The notes beneath the pieces were generated by a model. That model searched no databases, had not been told where the DNA came from, and saw only the letters and a list, made by a program, of their open reading frames with translations. DNA of 63,776 bases, filler included, from Octopus bimaculoides (taxonomy: Eukaryota): assembly GCF_001194135.2 (NCBI RefSeq). It is 4 parts of 3 records of this genome, joined end to end, with 100 filler letters (N's around TTAATTAATTAA, not from the genome) between each part and the next. Parts side by side here need not be neighbours in the genome. Positions count along the whole stretch, not along the records: positions 56,667 to 63,776 come from NC_068981.1; 3 more parts are not named here. One strand, written 5' to 3'. Numbering within the stretch: the stretch's first letter is position 1; the number at the start of each line of letters is the position of its first letter. Below, in pieces: positions 63,521 through 63,776 of the stretch. The position numbers and the translations under genes are program-made.

Positions 63521-63776
63521 CTGCCATGATGAAATACCACAAGGTATAGAAAATACGTATTCGCCTTTATATATTTATATATTTAATCCTTTATATTGAA
63601 CACTCAATATTTCATATATTCAATAAGAGATATTCCATATATTCAATAAGACATTCAATACTTCATTTCATTGTACCATCCATCTTTTTTTATATTATAT
63701 ATTATACATTCCATATTCTATATCCCACATAAATTTTACAAGAATATAAATAAAAAACATAAAAACAGAGTTGGAA

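Overview
Eukaryotic, AT-rich, repeat-saturated scaffold with many N gaps. The repeat repertoire and microsatellite load suggest an octopus-type cephalopod genome; this is inference. No host protein-coding gene, rRNA, intact tRNA or CRISPR array can be supported. Nearly all ORF-track entries are microsatellite or N artefacts, or transposon remnants. Recognisable content: a Ty3/Gypsy remnant (4.0-6.6 kb); five Tc1/mariner remnants; RTE, CR1-like and R4/Dong-type non-LTR fragments; at least four tRNA-derived or probable SINE families, including a 7-copy array at 15.0-16.6 kb and a CORE-like SINE with an internal microsatellite; Helentron-like ends; and many Penelope-like element (PLE) pieces. The most notable signal is a set of type I hammerhead-ribozyme motifs from three unrelated sequence families (23.5, 46.8/60.4 and 56.5 kb). 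One lies in a PLE 3' module ordered GIY-YIG stop codon, tRNA-like A/B-box segment, (AAT)n, hammerhead. R4/Dong-type fragments abut this same PLE family at both of its loci. Three identical N44-TTAATTAATTAA-N44 blocks are artificial scaffolding linkers. All translations and alignments were done by eye; no database searches were run.
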